DNA of 64,000 nucleotides, from positions 107,774 through 171,773 of the forward strand of contig CAZWPE010000001.1 of NCBI GenBank assembly GCA_964635635.1. Reading direction: 5' to 3'. The translations under genes were made by a program, and so were the position numbers. This DNA comes from an uncultured Myxococcaceae bacterium. GTDB lineage: Bacteria; Myxococcota; UBA727; JABDBI01. Positions 17,317-28,068 of the stretch are shown here, one piece after another. The notes under the pieces were generated by a model. That model ran no database searches. It saw only the letters and a program-made list of their open reading frames with translations, and was not told the DNA's origin. Positions within the stretch are counted from its first letter, which is position 1. Every line of letters starts with the position of its first letter.

Positions 17317-18809
17317 AAGAACCCAAGTGCATTTGATGAGTACGATACCAGCAAATTTTTGGTTTGTTGGTAGTGCTCGAGCATCATGCGATGTGTTTCA
17401 CGTCCAATGCCAGACTGCTTATAACCTCCAAAGGCAGCATGTGCAGGGTAGGCATGATAGCAGTTAGTCCATACGCGCCCGGCTTCAATGCCTCGGCCCA
17501 TTCTGAACGCACGGTTCATATCACGGGTCCAAACACCAGCCCCTAGGCCATAGGGAGTATCGTTTGCAATTTTCAAAGCCTCTTCTTCGGTCTTGAAGGT
17601 GGTGACAGAAAGCACGGGACCAAAGATTTCTTCTTGGAAAATACGCATTTGGTTGTGGCCTTTGAAGACTGTTGGCTTCACGTAAAACCCATTCGCTAAA
17701 TCGCCTGGAAGCACTGTTCTTTCGCCACCAGTGAGGCACTCAGCACCTTCTTTCTTGCCAATCTCGATATAGTTGAGGATTTTTTCAAGCTGTTCTGCAG
17801 ACGCTTGAGCACCCAGCATGGTGTTTGGATCCAGTGGATTGCCTTGTTTGATTGCAGCGACACGTTTGAGTGCACGTTCCATGAATTGACCGAAGATGGA
17901 CTCTTGAATCAAGGCGCGTGAAGGGCAGGTGCAGACCTCGCCTTGGTTCAGGGCAAACATCGTGAATCCTTCAAGAGCTTTGTCAAAGAATGCATCATCA
18001 GCATTCAAAATATCTTCAAAGAAAATATTGGGGCTTTTCCCACCGAGCTCGAGCGTGACTGGCGTCATATTTTGACTGGCGTATTGCATAATTAAACGCC
18101 CAGTGGAGCTTTCACCGGTGAATGCGATTTTGTTGATGCGCGAGCTGGAAGCCAAGGGCTTTCCAGCTTCAAGGCCAAAGCCGTTCACAATATTGAGCAC
18201 ACCGGCAGGCAGCAGATCTTGAATCAGCTCCATCATGACCAGTATTGAAGCAGGTGTTTGTTCGGCGGGTTTGAGTACCACGCAGTTGCCTGCTGCAAGC
18301 GCTGGGGCTATCTTCCAAGTGGCCATCAAGATTGGAAAATTCCAAGGGATAATCTGACCGACGACACCCAAAGGCTCTTTGAAGTGGTAGGCATAGGTTT
18401 CGTGGTCAATCTCTCCAATGCTACCTTCTTCAGAGCGGATGCAGCCTGCAAAGTATCTAAAATGATCAATCGCTAGTGGGATATCTGCTGCGCGGGTTTC
18501 TCGAATAGGTTTGCCATTGTCCCAAGTCTCAGCTGTTGCAAGCTTGTCCAAATTTGCTTCGAGCCGGTCGGCGATTTTGTTTAAAATAACGGCGCGTTCG
18601 GCCGGTGAAGTTTTGCCCCAAGATTTTTTAGCTGCATGGGCGGCGTCGAGAGCTAGATTGATATCTTCCTCGTTGGAGCGTGGAATTTCGCAAATGGCTT
18701 GGCCAGTCATGGGGGTAATGTTGGTGAAATAGGCGCTGGATTTGGGTTCGGTCCATTGGCCGCCAATGAAATTTCCATATCTCGATTTGAACGGATTATT
18801 CGTCGTCAT
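17313..18809 (-). CDS. NAD(P)-dependent aldehyde dehydrogenase (AldB / betaine-aldehyde dehydrogenase-like)
   Basis: ALDH glutamate and cysteine motifs ([17 protein letters not shown]) and EEIFGPV. Confidence 0.9.
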   Translation of the reverse strand: MTTNNPFKSRYGNFIGGQWTEPKSSAYFTNITPMTGQAICEIPRSNEEDINLALDAAHAAKKSWGKTSPAERAVILNKIADRLEANLDKLATAETWDNGKPIRETRAADIPLAIDHFRYFAGCIRSEEGSIGEIDHETYAYHFKEPLGVVGQIIPWNFPILMATWKIAPALAAGNCVVLKPAEQTPASILVMMELIQDLLPAGVLNIVNGFGLEAGKPLASSSRINKIAFTGESSTGRLIMQYASQNMTPVTLELGGKSPNIFFEDILNADDAFFDKALEGFTMFALNQGEVCTCPSRALIQESIFGQFMERALKRVAAIKQGNPLDPNTMLGAQASAEQLEKILNYIEIGKKEGAECLTGGERTVLPGDLANGFYVKPTVFKGHNQMRIFQEEIFGPVLSVTTFKTEEEALKIANDTPYGLGAGVWTRDMNRAFRMGRGIEAGRVWTNCYHAYPAHAAFGGYKQSGIGRETHRMMLEHYQQTKNLLVSYSSNALGFF

Positions 18810-18834
18810 ATTTTTCTCCTATGACGAAAAATGT

Positions 18835-20547
18835 TCACTTCAGATCAAAGAAGTCAACGTAGTAGCCAGGTGCTTCTCCAGTATTCTTTCCAGGATTCGA
18901 ATAGCAAGTAAAGGTCGAGGTTTTATCGTCAAAAGGAAATGTGTAGGCTGTAGGACACGCCTGCTTCATGAATACCAACCAGGGTTGGATATTCGTTGCC
19001 CAAGTAGAATTAGTAGCACTGCAATTGCCTTGAGACGCAAGTACATTGGGCCAGGTGCTTAGATATGGATTGCCAGGAAATGTTGGGCAACCGCAATCGC
19101 ACGAAGTGCCGGATTGATAACACGAGTTAGGCGCAGTGCCTGTGCAGCCAAACATGTCTGAATAAGTGTAGGATGTTCCTGAGATGCTGCCGCACTGAAG
19201 TGGGGATATGTTTGATGTTCCAGGGTTTGTGCCGCATATCTGGTCAGCGCTCCAATAGGCAATAAACGTGCCACACACCTTGGCAACGGTTGAAATGCCA
19301 GTGTTTTGCGCAAGACCGCAGAGTTGTCCGCTAGCGCAATCTGAGTCTTTGCTGCATGAGCAGTATTGATTACCTGCTCCAGTAGGTGAGCCGGAAATAC
19401 AGCTTTTGTTGATGGTAGGTAAAACTTGTCGCAGCAACGTGCTTTGATTTTTGGGGGTGATGCCTGGAATCGAAGGTGTAACACTCCAGCTACAGGCACG
19501 CAGTACACCTAAAGAGTCAGCTTGTGTGAGAGCGCCCGGCGTTGCGCAGAAATAAGGGTCAGTTTGACTCTTGGTTGTTGTGGTTGAGTCAGGTTCCATG
19601 GCAATGCCAATGTTCATGCCATTGATAATACTGACGTCATAATAATCGAGGTTTGGTTGAGGGGCTGTGAATGTGAATTCTGCCAAGCTTGCAGGAGGAA
19701 CTCCACCGGTTCCAGCGTTGCAGCTTCCATCTTGTGGAGCACAGGAGCCATTGTTTGGACAGTCTTCTGCATAAGTGTGACCAGATAGAGGGGTATATCC
19801 TGGGCCGCAGTTAGTTTGAGTGCAAGCTTGACCTGAAATCTGACATTTGAAACCACCTCCATTGTTAATGCATTGATCTCCGATGGTTGTACAAGTAGAA
19901 CATCCAGCGCTATTCGTGGAGCATTCACCTGAGGCACAGTTTTGGCCATTGGAGTCGCAACCAAAGCGTGCAAACAAATTTCCACTCCATTGAACCGAGC
20001 TTAGAGCGTTTGTTTGTCTACCGTGTTTTGAAGAGGCTCCTAAGGGAGCAGGAAAACAAAGTTTCAGTGATTGAGTTGGTGAGAGTTTAGGGGTGTTGGC
20101 GCCAACCATTCTGGGTTGCTTCCAGAAACACTGAAATCCATTGCCCGCTACTGTATTGGTTGCGCATACGCCCAGTGTTCCACAACTCTGTGATGCTGCG
20201 CTGCAGCCGCAGACACCCGTTGGCCCGACCGCATCAGAGCCGGTAATTATACAGTTGTTGCCCATGTTGGCACAGTCCGTATTTTTTCGGCAGAAAAATG
20301 AACCGCTGGTCAGACCTACCCATACAGTTTGCGATGAATTGTTGGTGACAATCATGGGCCTTTCGCCAGTAGAACAAAAATCAAGCACGGGCCGATTGTC
20401 TGGTGGATTGGGATTATTTGGATTATTGGGACCACTTGGGTTATTCGGCCCACTGGGATTGCTAGGCACATTTGGATCATTGCTCTTCGAGCAACCAAGC
20501 CCAACAAGAATCAAAACAACCCAAAACAAACGCATAAAAACCCCCAT
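18835..20547 (-). CDS. Large cysteine-rich lipoprotein with a thaumatin-like C-terminal domain
   Basis: Lipobox LVGLGC. Pro/Asn-rich linker. Thaumatin family signature blocks YDVSIINGMNIGIAMEP and CPTAYTFPFDDKTSTFTC (compare CPDAYSYPQDDxTSTFTC). Confidence 0.65.
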   Translation of the reverse strand: MGVFMRLFWVVLILVGLGCSKSNDPNVPSNPSGPNNPSGPNNPNNPNPPDNRPVLDFCSTGERPMIVTNNSSQTVWVGLTSGSFFCRKNTDCANMGNNCIITGSDAVGPTGVCGCSAASQSCGTLGVCATNTVAGNGFQCFWKQPRMVGANTPKLSPTQSLKLCFPAPLGASSKHGRQTNALSSVQWSGNLFARFGCDSNGQNCASGECSTNSAGCSTCTTIGDQCINNGGGFKCQISGQACTQTNCGPGYTPLSGHTYAEDCPNNGSCAPQDGSCNAGTGGVPPASLAEFTFTAPQPNLDYYDVSIINGMNIGIAMEPDSTTTTKSQTDPYFCATPGALTQADSLGVLRACSWSVTPSIPGITPKNQSTLLRQVLPTINKSCISGSPTGAGNQYCSCSKDSDCASGQLCGLAQNTGISTVAKVCGTFIAYWSADQICGTNPGTSNISPLQCGSISGTSYTYSDMFGCTGTAPNSCYQSGTSCDCGCPTFPGNPYLSTWPNVLASQGNCSATNSTWATNIQPWLVFMKQACPTAYTFPFDDKTSTFTCYSNPGKNTGEAPGYYVDFFDLK

Positions 20548-20586
20548 GCGTTTATTGTATCAAACTTGGAACAAATACATACTGTT

Positions 20587-21411
20587 TTACACGAAAAAGT
20601 CAGGCATGAGGTCTTTAGTGCCTGGCACACAGGCATATTGGTCAAAATCTTGAACGCCAACTTGTTTACGTAAGAAGTCTTCATCTATGAGCCACTGGCC
20701 GGTAATTTCGCCCCCAGGGGTTAAGAATAGTGCGTGGGCGGCATCGGCTACAATGTCTGGCTTGCGCGACTGTTTCATGCCGTCTTCACCCATCAGCATG
20801 TTGATGGCAGCAGTCCAAATAGCCGTGCGAGGCCATAGGGAGTTGACCGAGATTTTGCGCTCACGAAACTCTGCGGCCATGCCTAAGCTGCAAAAGCTCA
20901 TGCCGAACTTGGTAATGGCATAAGCAACGTTATTTTGTAGCCACTCTGGTTTAAAACTGACTGGAGGGGAAAGATTCAAGATGTGTGCGTTGGATGATTT
21001 TTCCAAATAGGGCAAACAAGCGCGTGAGCACAAGAAAGTGGCTCGGGTGTTGACGTTCATCATGAGGTCAAACGATTTAGGTGGTGTGGCATCTGTGGTG
21101 GTAAGTTTAATCGCTCCGGCATTATTGACCAAAATATCAATACCGCCAAAGTGCTCACCAGCTTGTTTGACACAAGATTCAATCTGGTCAGCATCTCGAA
21201 CGTCTAAAACAAGAGCCAATGCCTTGCCACCAGCGGCTTCCACTTCTTTTGCGACTGTGTGGATGGTTCCGGGCAACTTTGGGTTTTCTTCAGCTGTCTT
21301 AGCTGCGATTACGATGTTGGCCCCATCAGCAGCGCACTTGAGGGCAATGGCACGACCGATTCCGCGGCTGGCGCCAGTAATAAAAATCGTCTTGTTTTTG
21401 AGTGTCATCAT
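20587..21411 (-). CDS. SDR-family short-chain dehydrogenase/reductase
   Basis: TGASRGIGRAIA Rossmann motif; YxxxK-like region. The ORF extends to 21504 but the N-terminal extension looks non-coding. Confidence 0.85.
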   Translation of the reverse strand: MMTLKNKTIFITGASRGIGRAIALKCAADGANIVIAAKTAEENPKLPGTIHTVAKEVEAAGGKALALVLDVRDADQIESCVKQAGEHFGGIDILVNNAGAIKLTTTDATPPKSFDLMMNVNTRATFLCSRACLPYLEKSSNAHILNLSPPVSFKPEWLQNNVAYAITKFGMSFCSLGMAAEFRERKISVNSLWPRTAIWTAAINMLMGEDGMKQSRKPDIVADAAHALFLTPGGEITGQWLIDEDFLRKQVGVQDFDQYACVPGTKDLMPDFFV

Positions 21412-21477
21412 GTCGCCAAAATAAGTTTTTATAGATTCGCTTGCAAGCTGTTTCCTTGTCCGCCTAAGATCTGCCAA

Positions 21478-21753
21478 ATGGAAAGACAACAAACAGAACA
21501 TCACCTGTGGAAAAAAGCTGAAAGCCGAGCTGCTTTTAAGTTACACGTTTTAAGTTATGTGGCTGTGAATCTAGGGCTTTGGCTTCTTTGGTATTTAACA
21601 ACATCGGAACACCAGGTAATGGGTGCGTGGCCAATGTATATTAGTGCATTCTCAGCGCTTGGACTTTTAGTGGAATTTGCAGGTGCATTCTTAAATCTTA
21701 ATCAGCATGATATGGCACAAAAAGAGTTTGAGAAGCTGAAGCGTGGGCAATAA
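21478..21753 (+). CDS. Small hypothetical membrane protein (about 91 aa, two TM helices)
   Basis: MERQQTEHHLWKK.. followed by two hydrophobic segments. Weak evidence. Confidence 0.3.
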   Translation: MERQQTEHHLWKKAESRAAFKLHVLSYVAVNLGLWLLWYLTTSEHQVMGAWPMYISAFSALGLLVEFAGAFLNLNQHDMAQKEFEKLKRGQ

Positions 21754-21803
21754 TTGCCGCCTTGTAAAATCATTTGAACGGGGTACAACTGCTTTCAGAC
21801 CCC

Positions 21804-23234
21804 ATGATCAAAGATTTAACCGAAAAGACCTATGCCTATGGCTTCGTAACCGATATTGAATCGGATACACTTCCTCCTGGCTTGAACGAGGAAGTCGTTC
21901 GGTTTATTTCTGCTAAAAAAAATGAGCCTCAATGGCTTTTGGAATGGCGTCTTAAAGCCTATCGGCATTGGCTGACCCTTAAAGACGAACCCAAGTGGGC
22001 TCATATCAAATACCCGCCTATCGATTACCAACAGATTATTTATTACTCTGCGCCCAAGCCTAAAAAGCAGCTTAAGAGTCTGGATGAGCTAGACCCTGAG
22101 ATTCTAAAAACATATCAGAAGCTTGGAATCCCCATTCGTGAGCAAGAAAAGCTTGCCAACGTAGCGGTGGACGCTGTGTTTGACAGCGTCTCTGTTGCGA
22201 CGACTTTCAAAGATCGCTTAGCCAAAGCAGGCGTGATTTTCTGCTCGTTTTCAGAGGCAGTACGCGAACACCCTGAGTTGATTCAGAAATATCTAGGTTC
22301 TGTGGTGCCGGTGAGTGACAACTACTTTGCCACCCTGAACTCCGCCGTCTTTAGTGATGGTTCGTTTTGTTATGTTCCAAAGGGTGTTAGATGCCCTATG
22401 GAGCTTTCAACCTATTTTAGAATCAACTCGGCGAATACAGGCCAGTTTGAGCGAACGCTCATTGTTGCCGAAGAAGGCAGCTATGTGAGCTACTTGGAAG
22501 GCTGCACCGCGCCCATGCGTGATGAAAATCAACTGCACGCGGCTGTTGTGGAACTTGTGGCTTTAGACCGAGCTGAAATCAAATATTCAACCGTTCAAAA
22601 TTGGTACCCAGGCGACGAGAACGGAAAAGGTGGTATTTACAACTTTGTGACCAAGCGCGGCGCTTGTCGTGGGTACAAGTCCAAAATCTCTTGGACTCAG
22701 GTTGAAACGGGCTCGGCGATTACTTGGAAGTACCCAAGTGTTATTTTGCAAGGGGATGAGTCTGTGGGTGAGTTCTATTCAGTCGCTGTGACCAATCATT
22801 ACCAGCAAGCCGACACCGGTACGAAGATGATTCATATTGGCAAAAATACGAGCAGCACGATTATCTCCAAGGGTATTTCGGCGGGTAAAGCCCAGAACTC
22901 TTATCGTGGCTTGGTTCGTGTTCAAAAGGGTGCTGAAAAAGCCCGTAACTATTCACAGTGTGACTCGCTATTGTTTGGGGGAGACTGTGGTGCGCATACT
23001 TTCCCTTATATGGATGTTCGCAATCAGGGTGCACAGGTCGAACACGAGGCAACGACTTCAAAGATTAGCGATGACCAGCTGTTCTACTTAAAGCAGCGCG
23101 GCATTTCTGCAGAAGATGCGGTGAACATGATTGTGAATGGATTTTGTAAGAGCGTATTCCGAAAGCTTCCGATGGAGTTTGCGGTTGAAGCTCAGAAGTT
23201 ACTGAATATTAGTTTAGAAGGAGCTGTCGGTTAG
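21804..23234 (+). CDS. sufB: Fe-S cluster assembly protein SufB
   Basis: High similarity to SufB throughout ([16 protein letters not shown]-terminus). Confidence 0.9.
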   Translation: MIKDLTEKTYAYGFVTDIESDTLPPGLNEEVVRFISAKKNEPQWLLEWRLKAYRHWLTLKDEPKWAHIKYPPIDYQQIIYYSAPKPKKQLKSLDELDPEILKTYQKLGIPIREQEKLANVAVDAVFDSVSVATTFKDRLAKAGVIFCSFSEAVREHPELIQKYLGSVVPVSDNYFATLNSAVFSDGSFCYVPKGVRCPMELSTYFRINSANTGQFERTLIVAEEGSYVSYLEGCTAPMRDENQLHAAVVELVALDRAEIKYSTVQNWYPGDENGKGGIYNFVTKRGACRGYKSKISWTQVETGSAITWKYPSVILQGDESVGEFYSVAVTNHYQQADTGTKMIHIGKNTSSTIISKGISAGKAQNSYRGLVRVQKGAEKARNYSQCDSLLFGGDCGAHTFPYMDVRNQGAQVEHEATTSKISDDQLFYLKQRGISAEDAVNMIVNGFCKSVFRKLPMEFAVEAQKLLNISLEGAVG

Positions 23235-23237
23235 CCA

Positions 23238-23978
23238 ATGCTCGATATTAAAGATTTACAAGTTCGTGTTGCTGATAAACCAATTTTGAAAGGCCTTTCT
23301 TTTCATGTGAAGCCTGGCGAAGTTCATGCGATTATGGGGCCTAATGGCTCTGGCAAAAGTACCCTTTCACAAGTTTTAGCTGGTCACCCTGCTTACGAAG
23401 TTACGGGGGGAAGTGTCCGGTTTAAAGGCGAAGACTTGCTTGCGATGTCTGCAGATGAGCGGGCTTTGAAGGGCTTGTTCTTAGCGTTTCAATATCCAGT
23501 TGAAATCCCGGGGGTGAACAACACTTACTTCTTGAAAGCCGCTTTGAATGCCAAACGCAAGTCACAGGGCTTGCCTGAAATTGATGCTGTTGATTTCCTG
23601 GGCCTGATTAAGAGCAAAATGGCAGCTCTCAAAATGGATGAAGCCTTTTTGCAGCGAAGTGTGAATGAGGGTTTTTCTGGCGGTGAAAAGAAGCGAAACG
23701 AAGCTCTTCAAATCGCGCTTTTAGAACCAGAGCTTGTGATTTTAGATGAGACGGATTCAGGTCTTGATATTGATGCACTTCGAATTGTTGCTGACTCCAT
23801 CAACTCTATGAGAAGTCCAAATCGTAGCTTTATTGTCGTGACGCATTATCAGCGTTTGCTTGACTATATTGTCCCAGATGCGGTTCATGTTTTACAAAAA
23901 GGCCAAATCGTTCGCAGTGGCCCCAAAGAATTAGCCCTTGAGCTGGAGCAGAGTGGATATGAATCTGCGAGTCATTAA
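23238..23978 (+). CDS. sufC: Fe-S cluster assembly ATPase SufC
   Basis: Walker A GPNGSGKSTL, ABC signature FSGGEKKR, Walker B ILDETDSGLD. Confidence 0.92.
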   Translation: MLDIKDLQVRVADKPILKGLSFHVKPGEVHAIMGPNGSGKSTLSQVLAGHPAYEVTGGSVRFKGEDLLAMSADERALKGLFLAFQYPVEIPGVNNTYFLKAALNAKRKSQGLPEIDAVDFLGLIKSKMAALKMDEAFLQRSVNEGFSGGEKKRNEALQIALLEPELVILDETDSGLDIDALRIVADSINSMRSPNRSFIVVTHYQRLLDYIVPDAVHVLQKGQIVRSGPKELALELEQSGYESASH

Positions 23979-24528
23979 GGCAGGCCAACATGTTGAAGTC
24001 ACCCAGGTGACCTTCGCAGACCAAGACACTGAGCAGCACTGGCGTATTGTATTTGAGGGCGAACATGCATCCTGCAAGTTGAACTTTTTAGATTTGGCCA
24101 AAGGTTCGGCCAAATTGACCACCCATGTTGAAGTGATTCACCAAGCGCCCAACTGCACAAGCACACAGCTTCATAAGGGTTTGTATGCAGATGAATCACA
24201 GGGTTTCTTGAAAGCGCATGTGGTTGTGCCACATGATGCGGTTGGCAGTGATGCCTCGCAGCTTCATAGAAGTTTACTATTGTCTCCGAATGCTCGGGTA
24301 AACGCAGAGCCGCATTTGGAGATTAATACCGATGAAGTGAAGGCCAAACATGGCGCGAGTATTGGTCAGCTGGATTCTGCGTCTTTGTTTTATCTACAGG
24401 CACGTGGGTTGTCTGAAGCTATGGCGAAACGGCTTTTAGTCGGTGCTTTTGCTGCCGAGGTGATTAATCAAATTAAAGATGAATCCGAGCGTACACGCTA
24501 TACAGACCAGGTGATGGCATGGATTTAA
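23959..24528 (+). CDS. sufD: Short SufD-like protein (about 190 aa, C-terminal beta-helix part only)
   Basis: Position between sufC and sufS; C-terminal SufB/D-family similarity (LFYLQARGLSEAMAKRLLV). Much shorter than canonical SufD. Confidence 0.6.
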   Translation: MNLRVIKAGQHVEVTQVTFADQDTEQHWRIVFEGEHASCKLNFLDLAKGSAKLTTHVEVIHQAPNCTSTQLHKGLYADESQGFLKAHVVVPHDAVGSDASQLHRSLLLSPNARVNAEPHLEINTDEVKAKHGASIGQLDSASLFYLQARGLSEAMAKRLLVGAFAAEVINQIKDESERTRYTDQVMAWI

Positions 24529-25739
24529 AGTCTCATTTCCCCGTTTTGAGTCAGCAAGTTCATGGAAAGCGATTGGTTTACCTGGACAGTGCTGCAACAG
24601 CGCTGAAGCCTTTGTCTGTGGTTGAGGCTGAACGTGCCTATGAACTTGAGTACTGCGCCAATATTCATCGGGGAGTTCATGCCTTAAGTGAGCGTGCTAC
24701 GGCTGCTTACGAGGGTACCCGAGATAGACTAAAGACTTGGCTCAATGCGAAATCTCGTAACGAAATAATATTCACGACGGGTACAACAGGTGGCGTAAAT
24801 CTAGTCGCCTATGCTTGGGGGCGCAAGTTTTTAAAAGCGGGTGATGAGATTTGGATTTCGAGTCTTGAGCACCACTCCAATATTGTTCCTTGGCAGGTGT
24901 TGTGTGAACAGCTGGGCTGTGTTTTGCGTGTAATCCCCTGGATTGCCACGTCGCCTACGGCTCCTCGCAATGACGATTCATTCGTTGCAATCCAGGGTTT
25001 AACGAGCAAAGCCAAGCTTTTGGCTGTGAGCTATGGCTCTAACGCGATAGGTAAGTTTAACCCCCTAAGCACTTGGATTTCACAAGCCAAAGCACAGGGT
25101 ATGACAGTTTTGGTTGATGCTGCGCAGGCTGCTCCTCATACGCGTTTAGATGTTCAGGCACTCGGGGCTGATTTTGTCGTCTTTTCAGGTCATAAAGTAT
25201 ATGGCCCAACCGGGACAGGGGTTTTGTGGGGTCGTGAAGAGATTCTAAACACGATGCAGCCTTACCAAACGGGCGGCGATATGATTGAGTCGGTTAGCTT
25301 TGAAAAGACGACTTATGCAAAGCTCCCTTCTAAGTTCGAGGCGGGGACCCCGAATATTTCAGGTGTGATTGGTCTTGGAGCAGCGATTGATTGGGTAGAG
25401 CAAACCGGCATGGATGCAATCGCACAGCATGAACGTGCATTGGCAGTCAAAACCTATGATGCACTGAGTGCGATTTCAGGTGTAACTCTGCACAGTCCAC
25501 GGGGTGAGTTGCCCATTGTTTCTTGGACCATGAAGGGCGTTCATCCGCATGATGTTGCCACAATTATGGACCAGGAAGGTATTGCGATTCGGGCAGGGCA
25601 TTTGTGTGCTCAACCGCTTCTGAAACTTTTGGGTGTCTCTGCACTGTCTCGTGCTTCGTTTGGGGTTTATAACACCGAAGCAGATATCGATGCATTGACT
25701 GCTGGCATTGCCCGGGCCAAACAGGTGTTTAGATGCTAG
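24519..25739 (+). CDS. sufS: Cysteine desulfurase SufS (class V aminotransferase)
   Basis: PLP-lysine region FSGHKVYGPTG; active-site Cys loop RAGHLCAQP. Confidence 0.9.
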   Translation: MDLKSHFPVLSQQVHGKRLVYLDSAATALKPLSVVEAERAYELEYCANIHRGVHALSERATAAYEGTRDRLKTWLNAKSRNEIIFTTGTTGGVNLVAYAWGRKFLKAGDEIWISSLEHHSNIVPWQVLCEQLGCVLRVIPWIATSPTAPRNDDSFVAIQGLTSKAKLLAVSYGSNAIGKFNPLSTWISQAKAQGMTVLVDAAQAAPHTRLDVQALGADFVVFSGHKVYGPTGTGVLWGREEILNTMQPYQTGGDMIESVSFEKTTYAKLPSKFEAGTPNISGVIGLGAAIDWVEQTGMDAIAQHERALAVKTYDALSAISGVTLHSPRGELPIVSWTMKGVHPHDVATIMDQEGIAIRAGHLCAQPLLKLLGVSALSRASFGVYNTEADIDALTAGIARAKQVFRC

Positions 25740-26164
25740 AAGACCTGTATCAAGAACTTATTTTGGATCATTATCAACATCCGCATCATTTTGGGGTACT
25801 TGAAAATCCAACCCATCATGCGCATGGTTCAAACCCGCTTTGTGGTGATGAGTTAGATGTCACGCTTTTGGTTGAAGATGGGCGTATCAAAGATATTGCA
25901 TTTAAAGGTGATGGTTGTGCGATTTCGAAAGCATCTGCTTCGATCATGACAGATGAGCTTGTAGGCAAGACGCTTGAAGAGACAAAAGTTTTATTTGACG
26001 ATTTTCATGAACTCTTAACGGCTGATGGCGATGGAAGTAGGTTGAACAAAGCCAAAGCATTTTCAGGCGTTCGAGAATTCCCGGCGCGAGTTAAATGCGC
26101 GACACTTGCTTGGCATACGTTCCAATCAGCATTGAATAACCAAAATTTGGCGACAACGGAGTAA
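25733..26164 (+). CDS. sufU: SufU / NifU-like sulfur-transfer scaffold
   Basis: NPLCGDE, GDGCAISKASAS and CATLAW cysteine motifs. Confidence 0.8.
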   Translation: MLEDLYQELILDHYQHPHHFGVLENPTHHAHGSNPLCGDELDVTLLVEDGRIKDIAFKGDGCAISKASASIMTDELVGKTLEETKVLFDDFHELLTADGDGSRLNKAKAFSGVREFPARVKCATLAWHTFQSALNNQNLATTE

Positions 26165-26171
26165 ATATTTT

Positions 26172-26747
26172 ATGCATATGTATGGCGGCGGCGTAAATGT
26201 AAAATTGTCCAGAGATGTGATGGGGATTCAAATCCCTGATGGTAATCCTGTGACCTTGGAACAAGGCCATGAAGTTTACATTATGCAAGTTCTGGGCGGC
26301 ATGTTTACGGTTGAAACAGAATGGGGTTATTTGGCTCGGGTAGACGGTAAAGATGCTGATGCTTTAGGACAAGAAATCCCGCCGGAACGCCAAAAGCCAG
26401 ATTGGTCAAAGTTTACGACACTTGAAGATGCTGCGTGGGCCCAGCTTAGAACTTGTTATGATCCTGAAATCCCAGTCAATATTGTTGAATTAGGGCTTAT
26501 CTATAAGCTACAGCTGGCTCCCTCTCCCCTTGAGGGAGAGGGCCGGGGTGAGGGGTCCGTGTTGCACGTCGATATGACTTTAACTGCACCCGGCTGTGGA
26601 ATGGGTGAGGTTTTGCGCAATGATATTGAAACCAAATTGCTGGATATCCCTGGGGTAAAGGCTGTGGTCATCGACCTGACCTTTGACCCGCCCTGGAACT
26701 CAGAAATGATGTCTGATGCAGCTAGATTGCAGCTGGGGATGATGTAA
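26172..26747 (+). CDS. SufT-like DUF59 (MIP18 family) protein with an about 90-aa N-terminal extension and an in-frame palindromic-element insert
   Basis: C-terminal TAPGCGMG and DUF59 blocks. Located at the end of the suf cluster. Confidence 0.65.
   Translation: MHMYGGGVNVKLSRDVMGIQIPDGNPVTLEQGHEVYIMQVLGGMFTVETEWGYLARVDGKDADALGQEIPPERQKPDWSKFTTLEDAAWAQLRTCYDPEIPVNIVELGLIYKLQLAPSPLEGEGRGEGSVLHVDMTLTAPGCGMGEVLRNDIETKLLDIPGVKAVVIDLTFDPPWNSEMMSDAARLQLGMM
26517..26558. repeat. Family-1 palindromic element copy, in-frame in the SufT-like gene (encodes SPLEGEGRGEGS)
   Basis: Near-identical to the putA copy at 7746-7789. Confidence 0.75.
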
Positions 26748-26750
26748 AAT

Positions 26751-28052
26751 TTAAATCCAACTCGCAATCTTGATTCCAAGCTGGCTGTAGGGTGGGTATC
26801 TTAGTGGCAAGTCGATGTTAGCACTTCGTTGGTAATAAGCCCTAGGATGGCTAAAACGTTCAAAGCCAAAACGCCCGTTGTAGGCACCGAACCCGCTGGA
26901 CCCAACTCCGCCGAATGGAAGTTCGGGTATGCCAACATAGGTCACAACTTCGTTGATGCATACTGCGCCTGAACGAGTAAATTCAGAGATCTTTTGCCTG
27001 TTTTTGGAATTCCGTGTGAATAAGTAAATAGCCAGTGGGTTGGGTCGGCTGTTAATCTGCTGAATGACGTCATCAAAATTTTGATACGGGATAATGGGTA
27101 AGATAGGTCCAAAAATCTCTTCCTGCATGAGTGCATGTTCTGAACCTGGATCCAATATGAGCGTGGGATCTACATAGCGTTCATTGGATTTAATATCGCC
27201 ACCGTGAATAATTTGGGTGTTTTCCAAAAGGCCTTTAAGACGGGTCAGATGAGCATCGTTGATGATCCGCCCGAAGTGTGGGCTTGTGCTTGGGTTATCA
27301 CCAAAAAACTCCTGAATGGTTTTTTTCATGAGTGAGATAATTTTTTCTTTCACGGATTCGTGGACAAACAAATGATCAGGGGCTACGCAAGTTTGGCCTG
27401 CATTCAGCATTTTACCCCAAATAATTCGGCGAGCAGCTGTTTTCAGGCAAGCATCTGGTTCCACAATGACGGGGCATTTACCGCCAAGCTCTAGAGTCAC
27501 AGGTGTGAGATTTTTGGCGGCTGCTTGCATCACGATACGGCCTACTCGAGTACTGCCAGTAAAAACGATATGGTCCCAGTGCTGCGTCAGTAAATGTTCT
27601 GCCTCAGCTACGCCACCTTGAGCCACGTGAATTTCTGCATAATTCGGCAATCGGTGAGCAAGAATATGGCTGCAAGCAGGAGCGAGCTCGGAGGGTTTGA
27701 GGGTTACCTGATTGCCAGAACCAATCGCGCTGGCAGCAGGCAGCAGGTTAAGCTGAATAGGGTAATTCCATGGGGCGATTACCAGGACTTTGCCTAAGGG
27801 CTCAAAGCTAATCCAGCTTTTGCCAGGTTGATGAATCAGCGGTGTCGAAACAAACTGCGGCGTAGTCCATGAATCAAGTTTCGAAAGAATATCTTTAATC
27901 TCGGCCTTCAGGGGGGCAAGTTCAACCGCTCGACTTTCAAATACTGGCTTGCCTAGATCTGCATGCAACGCCTCTATTATTTGTGCTTCACACTCAGTGA
28001 GGAAGCTCAGAAGACCACGAAGTTGCTTTTTTCGAAACATAATTTGAGTCAT
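26751..28052 (-). CDS. ALDH3-family (fatty) aldehyde dehydrogenase
   Basis: ELGGKCP, GQTCVAPD, EEIFGPILP. Confidence 0.85.
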   Translation of the reverse strand: MTQIMFRKKQLRGLLSFLTECEAQIIEALHADLGKPVFESRAVELAPLKAEIKDILSKLDSWTTPQFVSTPLIHQPGKSWISFEPLGKVLVIAPWNYPIQLNLLPAASAIGSGNQVTLKPSELAPACSHILAHRLPNYAEIHVAQGGVAEAEHLLTQHWDHIVFTGSTRVGRIVMQAAAKNLTPVTLELGGKCPVIVEPDACLKTAARRIIWGKMLNAGQTCVAPDHLFVHESVKEKIISLMKKTIQEFFGDNPSTSPHFGRIINDAHLTRLKGLLENTQIIHGGDIKSNERYVDPTLILDPGSEHALMQEEIFGPILPIIPYQNFDDVIQQINSRPNPLAIYLFTRNSKNRQKISEFTRSGAVCINEVVTYVGIPELPFGGVGSSGFGAYNGRFGFERFSHPRAYYQRSANIDLPLRYPPYSQLGIKIASWI

Positions 28053-28068
28053 GGCGATATGACTTTAT

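Noticed and set aside
19059-19985. ORFs of 149 and 123 aa antisense within the thaumatin-like gene
   Set aside because: Embedded in a longer coding gene with clear domain signatures; no independent support.
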